DNA from: Chloroflexota bacterium
GTDB lineage: Bacteria > Chloroflexota > Anaerolineae > Anaerolineales > Villigracilaceae
DNA: 64,000 bases
Direction of reading: 5' to 3'
Assembly (NCBI GenBank): GCA_013388795.1
Contig: JACAEP010000072.1
Coordinates: forward strand, 1,556 to 65,555
A program made the position numbers and the translations under genes. This document shows, piece by piece, positions 27,444-37,576 of the stretch. Position 1 is the stretch's first letter. Every line of letters starts with the position of its first letter. The notes below the pieces were generated by a model, which was not told the DNA's origin, did not search any database, and saw nothing but the letters and a program-made list of their open reading frames with translations.

Positions 27444-27448
27444 GCCTG

Positions 27449-27591
27449 CCTCCCCTGCCCCTCTCCTTATGACGTTTTACAAATAAATACCGTAACCGCA
27501 TAGTTGGCGTTCTCTAACGCCAACGGGCGCGTAAGAGAACGCGCCCTGCGCAACATTACGAGATTATTTTGTTAAAAACCATTCGGGGAGG
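27449..27591. repeat. Nested palindromic (REP/MITE-like) cluster
   Basis: Hairpins GTTGGCGTT/AACGCCAAC (27503-27524) and GGGCGCGT/ACGCGCCC (27525-27546) within an imperfect AT-rich inverted repeat and CCTCCCC/GGGGAGG ends. Confidence 0.7.
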
Positions 27592-27615
27592 GTTTTATTT
27601 TATAATCTCGCCGCA

Positions 27616-28020
27616 ATGAAAATTCACGAGAACGAAATTCAGTTGGAATATATCCGCGCTTCAGGTCCCGGGGGACAGAACGTGAACAAGGTAGCGACGG
27701 CGGTGCAATTGCGCTTCGATGTACTCAACTCCCCGTCGCTCGGTTCAGACTTAAAGAGACGGCTGCTTCGGCTTGCCGGAAAACGAGTCAACGCTGAAGG
27801 CGTTTTGATTCTTGAGGCAAAGCGTTTCCGCACCCAGGAGGCGAACCGCGAAGACGCGCTGACAAAATTCTACGAGTTGATTCGTAAAGCAGGCGAAAAG
27901 CCCAAGACCCGTCACAAGACCAGCCCAACGAAAGCATCGAAAGAAATAAGAATTAAACAAAAGAAGAAGCGGAGTGAAATCAAGAAAGGGCGGCAAAGCA
28001 AGGTCCGTCTTGAGGATTAA
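27616..28020 (+). CDS. arfB: Alternative ribosome rescue peptidyl-tRNA hydrolase
   Basis: RASGPGGQNVNKV, RTQEANR, basic C-terminal tail. Confidence 0.92.
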   Translation: MKIHENEIQLEYIRASGPGGQNVNKVATAVQLRFDVLNSPSLGSDLKRRLLRLAGKRVNAEGVLILEAKRFRTQEANREDALTKFYELIRKAGEKPKTRHKTSPTKASKEIRIKQKKKRSEIKKGRQSKVRLED

Positions 28021-28041
28021 GTTTCGATATAATCGGGGGCT

Positions 28042-28932
28042 ATGCATAAACATCATACAGTCGCAGGGTTGATCTCTGGATTAACTGCCGCCTCGGTCTG
28101 GGGCGGCATGTACGTTATCAGCAAGGTGGTTTTGGAGGTCATCCCGCCTTTCTCGCTGCTGACAATTCGTCTCATCATGGGAGCGTTGGCATTGGGCATC
28201 GTCATCTACGTTCGCGCGCGAAAGAATGGCACGCTTATTGCGTTTACCAAAGAAAGTTTTTGGACAAGTTTTCTCGTCGGCATGGTGGGATACGGCATCT
28301 CGCTTGGATTTCAATTCGTAGGCACAAAACTTTCCACTGCCTCGAACGGCGCGCTCGTAACCTCGGCTACACCAGCGTTTGTGCTGCTGTTTGCCCCTTT
28401 TCTGCTGGGTGAAAAACCCACACTGCGACGCGTTATCGCGTTGGCAGTCTCAACCCTTGGCGTTGTGGCTGTAATCGACCCGCGCACAGCGGAACTATCG
28501 CCGTCACTATTCTGGGGCAATATGAGTCTGCTCGCCGCGGCGTTGACGTGGGCGCTGTATTCGGTTTTAGTGCGCAAGGTCTCAAAATCAGCAGACTTGC
28601 TGGCCTCCAGCACGATCATGCTATTGGGCGGCTTGCCTTCGAGCATCGCGTTTTCTGTTTGGGAAATCAACACACAGGGAATCGGTGAAATTACATGGGG
28701 CATCCTCGGCGGATTGCTCTTCCTCGGAATCATCTCAACTGCAATTGCAATGTTCTTATGGAACTATGCTTTTGCTGAACTTCCCGCCGCTGTTGCCTCA
28801 TTGACTTTTTTTGCCCAACCTGTTGTTGGCGCATTGCTTGGTTGGTTTTTTCTATCTGAACAGATCACTTCGCTTTTCATTGCAGGGGGTATATTGATTG
28901 GGGTTGGGATCTTGATCGCATCGAACGAGTAA
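28042..28932 (+). CDS. EamA/DMT transporter
   Basis: 10-TM duplicated pattern, LLGEK and FLSEQ repeats. Confidence 0.85.
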   Translation: MHKHHTVAGLISGLTAASVWGGMYVISKVVLEVIPPFSLLTIRLIMGALALGIVIYVRARKNGTLIAFTKESFWTSFLVGMVGYGISLGFQFVGTKLSTASNGALVTSATPAFVLLFAPFLLGEKPTLRRVIALAVSTLGVVAVIDPRTAELSPSLFWGNMSLLAAALTWALYSVLVRKVSKSADLLASSTIMLLGGLPSSIAFSVWEINTQGIGEITWGILGGLLFLGIISTAIAMFLWNYAFAELPAAVASLTFFAQPVVGALLGWFFLSEQITSLFIAGGILIGVGILIASNE

Positions 28933-29021
28933 ATTTTTGAAGCGCTAAAGCAGGCGGCGGTTAAGAAAAGAAGCGGATGTCGTCAACAAGAGACCGCATC
29001 CGCTTTCGATCCTGCTCCGCG

Positions 29022-30491
29022 TTATTTTTCCGCCAATTTACGAGCCAGACTCAAACTAGGCTCACTGCCCACCGTGTGAAGCAGCGCCATGTTGGGCGGG
29101 CGCATTTCGCCGATGGGATAGCCGCATACCAACACCACCTGCTGACCAGGCTGAATGCCGGATCTCAAAAGAACAGCATCAACTTCAGAAAGCATATCAT
29201 CCATTGTTTTTGCGTATTTTACAAGATGCGGCTGCACCCCCCAAAGGAACGCGAGTTGATTAAAGGTTTCAGGCTCAGGCGTGAATGCAAGAATCTGCTT
29301 GGAAGGGCGCGCCTTAGACATAAGCCAGGCCGAACGCCCGCGCATAGTGAAGACAGAAACCGCCTGCACTTCGGGATCACTTGCCAGCACATTGGAGGCG
29401 CGCGCCATTGACGCCGCATCGGACGCACCCAAGCCGGCTTTAGCGTCCTGACGGCTGCCCCACTCTTTGAAGTGCGACTCGGCTTCTGTGACGATGCGCG
29501 ACATCATCTCAACCGCGAGGCTGGGATATTCACCCGAAGCCGTTTCCGCCGAAAGCATGACCGCATCCGTGCCATCGAAGACGGCATTGGCAACATCGGA
29601 GGCTTCAGCGCGAGTTGGCAGCGGGTTTTGGATCATCGACTCCAGCATTTGGGTGGCAGTGATAACAAGTTTGGCGCGGGCATTCGCAGCGTGGATAATC
29701 AGTTTCTGAAGAGGCGGCACCTGCTCGGGAGGAAGTTCCACACCGAGATCGCCACGCGCAACCATCACGCCGTCTACCACATCGAGGATTTCTTCTAGTT
29801 CTTCCAACGCCTCGGGTTTTTCAAGCTTGGCAATCAACAGAGGCTCATGCCTGCCCGCTGAGAATTCGTTGATGGCGGCGCGGACTTCGCGCACGTCATT
29901 GGCGCTGCGAACAAAGGAGATCGCCACCGCATCGACGCCTTGTGAAATGCCAAAAGCAAGGTCGGCTTTATCTTTTTCTGTGAAGCCGGCAATACGAAGT
30001 TTGACGCCGGGTAAATTGATGCCTTTGTGAGAAGAGAGCGCGCCGCCAACTTTGACTGTTGCGTGAACCTGCTGTCCTTCTGCCGAAGTGACTACAAGAG
30101 CCAAGCGCCCATCATCAAGGAGGAGGTTGTCTCCCTGCTGTACTGAGTCAAACAATTCTCGGAAATCCACAGGGATCAACTGACAGCCATTTTGAGGCGG
30201 CTCATCGTTGGTAGCATACAAACAGACTTCTTCACCCACCGAGAGTTGCAAAGGCATCTCTAATTTACCAACCCGAATCTTGGGACCCTGCAGATCTTGC
30301 AATATACCAACCGGCATATTCAAGCGCTTTGAAACTTCACGAACTCTGGTTACACGCAATTTGTGCTGCTCATGAGTACCGTGCGAAAAATTCAAGCGGG
30401 CAATGTTCATTCCCGCCTTGATCAAGGACGCCAATGCTTCTTCGGTATCAGAAGCAGGACCAATCGTGGCTACAATTTTTGCTTTACGCAT
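29022..30491 (-). CDS. pyk: Pyruvate kinase
   Basis: KIVATIGPAS, RLNFSHG, DLQGPKIR, MVARGDLG, ATQMLESM. Confidence 0.96.
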   Translation of the reverse strand: MRKAKIVATIGPASDTEEALASLIKAGMNIARLNFSHGTHEQHKLRVTRVREVSKRLNMPVGILQDLQGPKIRVGKLEMPLQLSVGEEVCLYATNDEPPQNGCQLIPVDFRELFDSVQQGDNLLLDDGRLALVVTSAEGQQVHATVKVGGALSSHKGINLPGVKLRIAGFTEKDKADLAFGISQGVDAVAISFVRSANDVREVRAAINEFSAGRHEPLLIAKLEKPEALEELEEILDVVDGVMVARGDLGVELPPEQVPPLQKLIIHAANARAKLVITATQMLESMIQNPLPTRAEASDVANAVFDGTDAVMLSAETASGEYPSLAVEMMSRIVTEAESHFKEWGSRQDAKAGLGASDAASMARASNVLASDPEVQAVSVFTMRGRSAWLMSKARPSKQILAFTPEPETFNQLAFLWGVQPHLVKYAKTMDDMLSEVDAVLLRSGIQPGQQVVLVCGYPIGEMRPPNMALLHTVGSEPSLSLARKLAEK

Positions 30492-30692
30492 GTGATCTTC
30501 CTAAAAATGGTTTGACTGCGTTGAAGGATTTCAATCGCAGATGTTGTGACATACAGGTTGTTCTTTTCTCAAAACGCACCGATGATAGGTTTAAAGCCGG
30601 GGAATGTCAAGCGGAATAAATTATGATGTGGTTAACAAAAAAAGGGACGCGGAGTTACGGGGTTTCCACGTCCCTGTTTGGGCGTTCTTTTT

Positions 30693-32003
30693 TTACAGAT
30701 AATGAAGGTCTTTTGCCTGTTTTTGCAGTTCCTCATGAAAAATGGGATTTGCCACCTTGATGAGAGCCTGCGCGCGCTGGCGGATGGTTTTGCCGTACAG
30801 GTCCGCAATGCCATATTCGGTGACCACAAAGCGGACGTGATTACGGCTCGTGACGACACCAGCGCCGTGCTTAAGCATTGCGGTGATTTTACTCACCTTC
30901 GAGCCATCCCGCATGACCGCCGTACTAGGCAGGGCAATCACCGGCACGCCGCCTTTAGAACGGGATGCGCCATAGATAAAATCAAGCTGCCCGCCCACGC
31001 CGCTGTAGAGCTTGGGACCAATACTATCGGCGCAAACTTGCCCCGTCAAATCCACCTCAATGGCGGAATTAACCGCCACCATCCTATCGTTCTGCGCAAT
31101 GACGAACGGATCGTTCACATATTCGGTCGGGTGCATTTCCACCATCGGATTATCGTTCACCCACCCATAGAGTTTGCTTGTGCCAAGAATGAATCCCGCC
31201 ACAATCTTGCCGGGATGAATGGACTTGCGGGCATTTGTCAATACGCCCGCATTGACCAGATCGATGACACCGTCGGAGAATAACTCCGTATGAATCCCCA
31301 AGTCGCGCTTGTCCATCAAAAATTTCAAGACCGCATCTGGAATCGACCCAATGCCCAGCTGCATGGTCGCGCCATCCGGAATAAGCGAGGCAACATGACC
31401 GGCAATGTTTTTGATGATTTCGTCGTCGCCTTCGGCCGTCATCCTATGCTCAGGGATCGGATAATTGACCGGAACAATATGCGTCAGACGGCTGATATGA
31501 ATGAACGCATCTCCCAGCGTGCGGGGCATTTGTTCGTTCACCTCGGCAACAATGATCTTTGCAGACTCAGCCGCCGATTTGGTCAGGCCCACTTCCACTC
31601 CAAGACTGCAAAAACCGTGTTCATCCGGCGTTGAGACGTGGATCAAGGCTACATCCACAGGCAAAACTCCCCGTTTGAATAAAAGTGGAAACTCTGAAAG
31701 CAAAACCGGAGTAAAGTCCGCGCGTCCTTCCTGAACTGCCTTGCGGATATTGGCGCTGATAAACATGGAATTCACGCGCAAGTGACCTTCCATTTTCTCG
31801 CTTACATAATCCGCGGCTCCAACAGTTAATGCCTGACAAATTTCCACATCCTGCAAACTGGGCGCATAATTCACCAAAGCCGCCAACAGCGTCTTTGGCA
31901 CAGAAACATTGCCTGTTAAGAAGACGCGGTTGCCAGATTTCACCACCTTTACCGCTTCTTCGGCGGTGGTGACACGTGATTGATAAAGGGAGGCGGCGTT
32001 CAT
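30693..32003 (-). CDS. Acetyl-CoA hydrolase/4-hydroxybutyrate CoA-transferase family protein
   Basis: QLGIGSIP, HTELFSDG, DLTGQVCADSIG, SGVGGQLDF, VTEYG. Confidence 0.9.
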   Translation of the reverse strand: MNAASLYQSRVTTAEEAVKVVKSGNRVFLTGNVSVPKTLLAALVNYAPSLQDVEICQALTVGAADYVSEKMEGHLRVNSMFISANIRKAVQEGRADFTPVLLSEFPLLFKRGVLPVDVALIHVSTPDEHGFCSLGVEVGLTKSAAESAKIIVAEVNEQMPRTLGDAFIHISRLTHIVPVNYPIPEHRMTAEGDDEIIKNIAGHVASLIPDGATMQLGIGSIPDAVLKFLMDKRDLGIHTELFSDGVIDLVNAGVLTNARKSIHPGKIVAGFILGTSKLYGWVNDNPMVEMHPTEYVNDPFVIAQNDRMVAVNSAIEVDLTGQVCADSIGPKLYSGVGGQLDFIYGASRSKGGVPVIALPSTAVMRDGSKVSKITAMLKHGAGVVTSRNHVRFVVTEYGIADLYGKTIRQRAQALIKVANPIFHEELQKQAKDLHYL

Positions 32004-33091
32004 TCTGAAACCTCCTGTGCGTTAAGGCGTTTCAAATTCAGCAATTTACCCTGATGCGTATTGACCGCTGCTTCAATGGAAGGAACGTTCTTTATAGTCG
32101 ATTCAATTCCGTTGTCAGCGATCTCAATAATATAAGGTATGGCAGAGTTCAGGAATACATGGCTTGCCGTACGCGCCACTAGGCTCGGAATGTTCGGCAC
32201 ACAGTAATGCACAATATTCTCCTCAATAAATGTAGGGTTATCATGCATGGTAGGTCGTGATGTTTCCACGCAGCCGCCTTGATCAATGCTTACATCAATG
32301 ATGACGGAGCGGGGCTTCATGGCGCGCACCATATCCCGCGTTACCAATACCGGAGCACGCTGGCCGCTGACAAGCACAGCCCCAACAACCACGTCGGCGT
32401 ACGCGGTGGCGCGCGCAATATTGCGCTGAGTGGACATCATCGTAACCACACCCGGCAGTTTCTCATGAATGTTCTCCAAAGCCGCCATGCTCTTGTCAAT
32501 CACCGTCACATGAGCGCCGGCGTTTTGCATGGCGCGGGCTGCCGAAGCGCCTACGCCGCCTGCGCCCAAAATGACCACTTCTGCCGGGGGGACGCCCGGC
32601 ACTCCGCTGAGCATGATGCCTTTCCCGCCGCGATTGGTCTGCAGCCAGCGTGCCGCGATCTGCGCAACCATCGCGCCGCAAATCAAACTAAACGGGCGCA
32701 AAACCACCAGCCCGCCGTTTGCGTCTTCAATCTGTTCGTATGCCAGGGCTGTGATCTTTTTCGCCAACAACAGATCAATCTGATCTTGCGAACTGGATGC
32801 AAGATGCAGGAAACCGCCTAAAATCGCCCCTTCGCGCAGCCATTCCAATTCGTGTTTCAATGGGCGGGCAATCTTTAATAAAAAGTCTGCCCTGCCAAAG
32901 ACCTCTTGCGCCGAAAACGCAATGCGCGCCCCGGCGCGTTCGTAATCATGGTCTTTGAAACCAGCCCCAGCCCCAGCCTCATGCTCAACGAAGACCTGAT
33001 GCCCCGCATGAGACAGGATCTCCACGCCAGCCGGGGATAAACCCACCCGATACTCGAACGGACGACTTTCTTTTGGAATTCCTATATACAT
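32000..33091 (-). CDS. Alanine dehydrogenase-like (AlaDh/PNT family) protein with atypical active-site motif
   Basis: IGIPKE..EYRV, FLHLA, GAGGVG, DVSIDQGGCVETS, HYCVPNIP; KIARP replaces KVKEP. Confidence 0.8.
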   Translation of the reverse strand: MYIGIPKESRPFEYRVGLSPAGVEILSHAGHQVFVEHEAGAGAGFKDHDYERAGARIAFSAQEVFGRADFLLKIARPLKHELEWLREGAILGGFLHLASSSQDQIDLLLAKKITALAYEQIEDANGGLVVLRPFSLICGAMVAQIAARWLQTNRGGKGIMLSGVPGVPPAEVVILGAGGVGASAARAMQNAGAHVTVIDKSMAALENIHEKLPGVVTMMSTQRNIARATAYADVVVGAVLVSGQRAPVLVTRDMVRAMKPRSVIIDVSIDQGGCVETSRPTMHDNPTFIEENIVHYCVPNIPSLVARTASHVFLNSAIPYIIEIADNGIESTIKNVPSIEAAVNTHQGKLLNLKRLNAQEVSE

Positions 33092-33106
33092 GGTACCTCC
33101 ATATAA

Positions 33107-33139
33107 AGACCCTAAAGGCCTTGATTGCCTTTAGGGTCT
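33107..33139. terminator. Hairpin between rocD and the Ald-like gene
   Basis: AGACCCTAAAGGC/GCCTTTAGGGTCT, 13-bp inverted repeat. Confidence 0.6.
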
Positions 33140-33147
33140 GTGGTTAA

Positions 33148-34344
33148 TTACGGCAGGTTAAGCGCTTCACGAATCGCAGGAAGCGCCCAATCTATCGTTT
33201 CTTTATCGATCACAAGCGGCGGAGCAAAACGGATGACGTTATCATGCGTTTCCTTGGCAAGAATGCCCCGCTCTTTCAATGCCTCGCAAAAGCGGCGGGC
33301 TTTGGTATTCAATTCAACAGCAATCAGCAACCCCCTGCCGCGCACTTCTTTGACATGCGGACTGGGAATCTCGCTCAACTGCTCAAGGAAATACGTTCCC
33401 AATTCTGAAGCGCGCTCCGCCAGTTTTTCTTCACGCAACACCTTCAATGAAGCCCGCGCCACTGCCGCCGCCAGCGGATTTCCGCCAAAGGTTGAGCCGT
33501 GCTCACCAGGTTGGAACAAGCCAAGGATGGGCATATCTGCCAATACTGCAGAGACGGGATAAAACCCGCCGGAAAGCGCCTTGCCAACAATGGTGATGTC
33601 AGCGCGGACATCTTCATGATGAGCGGCAAACAGTTTCCCGGTTCGGCAAAGACCCGTTTGAATCTCATCTGCGACGAAGAGGACGTTATTCCTTTTACAG
33701 AGTTCAGCCACCTTCTTCAAATAGCCATCCGGCGGAATGATGACCCCAGCCTCACCTTGAATTGGTTCAAGCATGACCGCCGCTGTGTTTGCGTTGATCG
33801 CTTTTTCGACCGCTTCAACATTTCCATAGTCAACGACCACAAAGCCCGGCGTAAATGGACCGAAGTCATCACGATAGGATGGCTCGGTGGAAAATGAAAT
33901 AATAGTGGTGGTGCGTCCGTGAAAGTTGTTGCCCGCCACAATGATCTCTGCCTGATGGCGCGGCACTTTTTTAACAACATACGCCCACTTGCGCGCCAGT
34001 TTGACCGCCGTCTCGACTGCCTCTGCGCCAGAGTTCATTGGCAGAGACATTTCGTAGCAGGTCATTTCGGAAAGCTCCTTGTAAAGCAGCGGCAGCTGGT
34101 CGTTACGAAATGCGCGCGATGTGAGCGTGACTCGTTTCGCCTGATCCAGCAATGCCTTCAAAATCTCAGGATGCACATGCCCCTGATTCACTGCCGAATA
34201 TGCAGAAAGGCAATCCAGATAGCGTTTGCCCTCGACATCATACACCCACACTCCCTCCGCCTTTTCGATGACGACATCGAGGGGGTGATAATTATGAGCG
34301 CCATACTTCTCTTCAATTTCAATAAAATCCTGGGTTTTCATCAT
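33148..34344 (-). CDS. rocD: Ornithine--oxo-acid transaminase
   Basis: [53 protein letters not shown]. Confidence 0.93.
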   Translation of the reverse strand: MMKTQDFIEIEEKYGAHNYHPLDVVIEKAEGVWVYDVEGKRYLDCLSAYSAVNQGHVHPEILKALLDQAKRVTLTSRAFRNDQLPLLYKELSEMTCYEMSLPMNSGAEAVETAVKLARKWAYVVKKVPRHQAEIIVAGNNFHGRTTTIISFSTEPSYRDDFGPFTPGFVVVDYGNVEAVEKAINANTAAVMLEPIQGEAGVIIPPDGYLKKVAELCKRNNVLFVADEIQTGLCRTGKLFAAHHEDVRADITIVGKALSGGFYPVSAVLADMPILGLFQPGEHGSTFGGNPLAAAVARASLKVLREEKLAERASELGTYFLEQLSEIPSPHVKEVRGRGLLIAVELNTKARRFCEALKERGILAKETHDNVIRFAPPLVIDKETIDWALPAIREALNLP

Positions 34345-34381
34345 TCGAGTTTATCCTCTAAAAATTTTTACGATGCGGCGC

Positions 34382-35308
34382 TTAAACTACATCGAATAAT
34401 CTTGCCAGAATCGCCTTTTGCGCGTGTAAACGATTGTGCGCCTGCCGGAAAATTACGGAGTGCGGACCATCCGCTACTTCATCTGTCAATTCCTGATTGC
34501 GATGCGCAGGCAGACAATGCATCACGATCACATCCTTTTCAGCTTCACTCACCAACTGAGCATTGACCTGATATGGCGGGAAGACCAACTCGCGTTTGGC
34601 GGTTTCTTCCTCCTGCCCCATGCTGGTCCACGTATCTGTGTAAATCACATGCGCTTTTTTGACCGCCTCATGGGGATCGCGCAGGAAGTTCAACTTGCTT
34701 TTGGATTTCTTTGCCAGCTTCAAACCAATTTCCACCGCGTTTGGCTCTATATCGTAACCTTCCGGGCTGGCAATGGTGAAATTCCAGCCAAGTTGGGCGC
34801 AAACATGCATGAGAGAAACCGCCACATTGTTGCCGTCTCCTACATAACTGACGTTCAAACCCTTCGACTTCATGCCAAACGTCTCAACAATGGTCAACGC
34901 ATCTGCCATGCCCTGACAGGGATGGTTGTAATCGCTCAACCCGTTGATAACAGGCACATCTGACCATTTTGCCAATTCCACCACATGCGCATGGTCGAAG
35001 GTGCGCGCCATCAGCGCCTGCACGTATCCTGAAAGCACACGGGCCACATCGGCTATCGATTCGCGTTTTCCCAAGCCAATTTCACTTGGCGAAAGATAAA
35101 GCGCATCGCCGCCGCAATGGCGCATGGCCATATCGAACGAAACACGGGTCCGCAAACTTGGCTTCTGAAAGATCATCCCCAATACTTTGCCTCTGAAGAT
35201 CGGTTTGTTTCCTTTCTTAAAGAATTGTCGTTTCAGCTTGATGGCAATCTCAAGCAGGTCCTTGATTTCATCCGACGAATAGTCGGAAATTGCAATAAAA
35301 TCCTTCAT
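34382..35308 (-). CDS. argF: Ornithine carbamoyltransferase
   Basis: KPSLRTR, HPCQ, GDGNNV, TWTSMG, HCLP. Confidence 0.93.
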   Translation of the reverse strand: MKDFIAISDYSSDEIKDLLEIAIKLKRQFFKKGNKPIFRGKVLGMIFQKPSLRTRVSFDMAMRHCGGDALYLSPSEIGLGKRESIADVARVLSGYVQALMARTFDHAHVVELAKWSDVPVINGLSDYNHPCQGMADALTIVETFGMKSKGLNVSYVGDGNNVAVSLMHVCAQLGWNFTIASPEGYDIEPNAVEIGLKLAKKSKSKLNFLRDPHEAVKKAHVIYTDTWTSMGQEEETAKRELVFPPYQVNAQLVSEAEKDVIVMHCLPAHRNQELTDEVADGPHSVIFRQAHNRLHAQKAILARLFDVV

Positions 35309-35387
35309 GGCAGCTCCTCAAGGGGAAAGTATATCGTTTTTGGCTCATTTTGCCATGTCTCAAGCATCACACAAACAGCATGACAAA

Positions 35388-36290
35388 TTACGCGCTGCGA
35401 ACCTTTTTCCAGTAACGCATCAGCCCATCGGCGCTCATGCCAACCGGGTTAGACAAAGAATATGCCTGAATCGTGTCGGCGCTCAGGTTTTCCTGACGGC
35501 TCTCTTCCTCCATCCACTGCGTAAACGCCAGGCGAAGTTCCTCGATGGAAGGGCCGCGCGCCATCACCGTTTCGAGCCATGTTTCCATGGCTGCCAGGGT
35601 CGCGTCCAGCTTATCCAAATGCCAGCGCGCGTCATCATAAATTCCAAAATGCGTTGGCGCAATGCGCGAAACATTCAACGACTTTAATTTGGCAAGGCTC
35701 TCACGCCAGCGGCCAAAATGAAGCTCGGGCGGCGGCATCGGCGCACGCAAATACATATAACCGGGGATTCTCACCCCGCCCACATCGCCGCTAAAACAAA
35801 CATCTTCAAAGAGATACGAATAATGATGTTCCGCATGACCTGGCGTGTTAATCGGCAAAAATCTCAAACTGCCAATGGCGATCTCTTCCGCATCCTTCGG
35901 GACCTTGATCTGACTCTCCACCACCGGCAAAAACTCCCCCCAAAGTTGATCCATGCGATCGCCATAAATGCGGCTGGCGCTTGCAAGAAGTTTTTCCGGG
36001 TTGAGCAGATGCGGCGCTCCGATTGGATGTACAAATACCGCTGCGCCCTGACGAGACAACCAACCCGCCGCCCCAGCATGATCCAGATGGATGTGCGTGA
36101 GCAGGACGTGGGTCAAGTCGCGGGTAGATAAGCCTTCCTTCGCCAGGCCCGCCTCGAGCGCGGAAAGAGTCGAGCCGGGACCGGCTTCCACTAACACCAC
36201 CGCATCGCCCTGTCGTATTAAATATGAGGCAATGGCTTGTGTCTTCCCTTGAAAATTCAGGTCAATGGTGACAATTCGGGTATTTGCCAT
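35388..36290 (-). CDS. MBL-fold metallo-hydrolase
   Basis: THIHLDHAG, TPGHAEHH, SGD, PTHFG. Confidence 0.88.
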   Translation of the reverse strand: MANTRIVTIDLNFQGKTQAIASYLIRQGDAVVLVEAGPGSTLSALEAGLAKEGLSTRDLTHVLLTHIHLDHAGAAGWLSRQGAAVFVHPIGAPHLLNPEKLLASASRIYGDRMDQLWGEFLPVVESQIKVPKDAEEIAIGSLRFLPINTPGHAEHHYSYLFEDVCFSGDVGGVRIPGYMYLRAPMPPPELHFGRWRESLAKLKSLNVSRIAPTHFGIYDDARWHLDKLDATLAAMETWLETVMARGPSIEELRLAFTQWMEEESRQENLSADTIQAYSLSNPVGMSADGLMRYWKKVRSA

Positions 36291-37576
36291 GTGTGAATTT
36301 CCTGTGAATGAAAATGTGTAGAAATACCTGAAAGCGCTTGCGAGAGGTCATCTCCGCATTTTATTGGAATGACCAAAATGCGCCTCATCTTTAATGCGTT
36401 AAGTATATCGTGCGTTTCGGCTGGGGCGCCAAATGATCTTGCATTCAGCAACACGACGATGGGCGAGAGATAATGTAGAAGCAAGTCATCCACAGCATGC
36501 AAGAGGTCCGGGCGCATGGTTGGTGTAATCAAGATGACGCTTGAACCCTGCGGTAAGAGTGATGCTTGCGTAGAGACCAATCCTGCAATGGATAGATTTC
36601 CATCCGCTTTTACAAAAGCAAGTGTTTCCAGAATTTTCGATTCCTGACGTTCGCTCCGTTCGGCGCGAAGAACAGTTAATGCCTGCCCGGCGCTGGTAAA
36701 GCCCACCGCGCGGCGTTGACGAATGAAAAAATGCGCCAATGAAGCCGCAATGCTGACGGAATACTCAAGCGTGCTGGGGGGCAGATCGATCTTCGGTCTT
36801 TTTGACAAAAGCAAATCTTGAGCAGGAACCTCTTGTTGTTTATAAGCCTGCTGATGTTGAACAACCTTTTGCGCGTCAAGATAGATCCAGATTTCTGCTT
36901 GAGGGTCCTGCTCGAACTCTTTTACCATCATGCGATGACGCCGTACCGTAGTGGGCCAGTGTATCCGTTTCATGGCATCGCCATGAATATACTCGCGCAC
37001 ACCGGAGGCATGCGGCGTCATATCTGGCGATCTTTTTCGAATCACCTGTCCGCCTGTCAACATGCACTGCAGAGATGGAAAGGATTGAATTTCATATATC
37101 TTGGGAAAGACAATCAAAGTCTGCCTGGCAGGAAAGGCGCGGCTTGCCGTAAACAAACCAAATGGGTCACCTGTTGTGAGTTGAGTAGGCCCAAGTTGAA
37201 ACCCGCCGCGTTGGGTCAGCCAGGTGCGGGCGGTGTAAATTCGGTTTTGTTTCCCCATGAGCAACGTAAAGAGGCGCGAACCCGCAGCCAATGGTAACGA
37301 AGATTGATTGAGGACTTCCACGGAGGCAAGCGGCAGCCGCCCATGGTTGGTGAGTTTGAAATTTTCTTCAAACACATCGCCAACATTGCCTCGTAGTCCC
37401 CGTGCGGTTCGTTCCACAGCAAGTCCCCGCACAACCCAATGCGTCCAGAGCCACGCAGCCGCCAGCAATAACACACTGCTGTATAAGAAGCGTGAATAAA
37501 TTGCCGCGCCGCTGACCAGCGCGCCAATCAATCCGAGAATAAACATCAACGCGACAAGAATTCGCCCAGGTTTCAT
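36257..37576 (-). CDS. DUF58 family protein
   Basis: N-terminal TM; RGGFQLGP, DPFGLF, VREYIHGDAMKRIHW, MVKEFE. Confidence 0.88.
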   Translation of the reverse strand: MKPGRILVALMFILGLIGALVSGAAIYSRFLYSSVLLLAAAWLWTHWVVRGLAVERTARGLRGNVGDVFEENFKLTNHGRLPLASVEVLNQSSLPLAAGSRLFTLLMGKQNRIYTARTWLTQRGGFQLGPTQLTTGDPFGLFTASRAFPARQTLIVFPKIYEIQSFPSLQCMLTGGQVIRKRSPDMTPHASGVREYIHGDAMKRIHWPTTVRRHRMMVKEFEQDPQAEIWIYLDAQKVVQHQQAYKQQEVPAQDLLLSKRPKIDLPPSTLEYSVSIAASLAHFFIRQRRAVGFTSAGQALTVLRAERSERQESKILETLAFVKADGNLSIAGLVSTQASLLPQGSSVILITPTMRPDLLHAVDDLLLHYLSPIVVLLNARSFGAPAETHDILNALKMRRILVIPIKCGDDLSQALSGISTHFHSQEIHTWQIPELSPLT

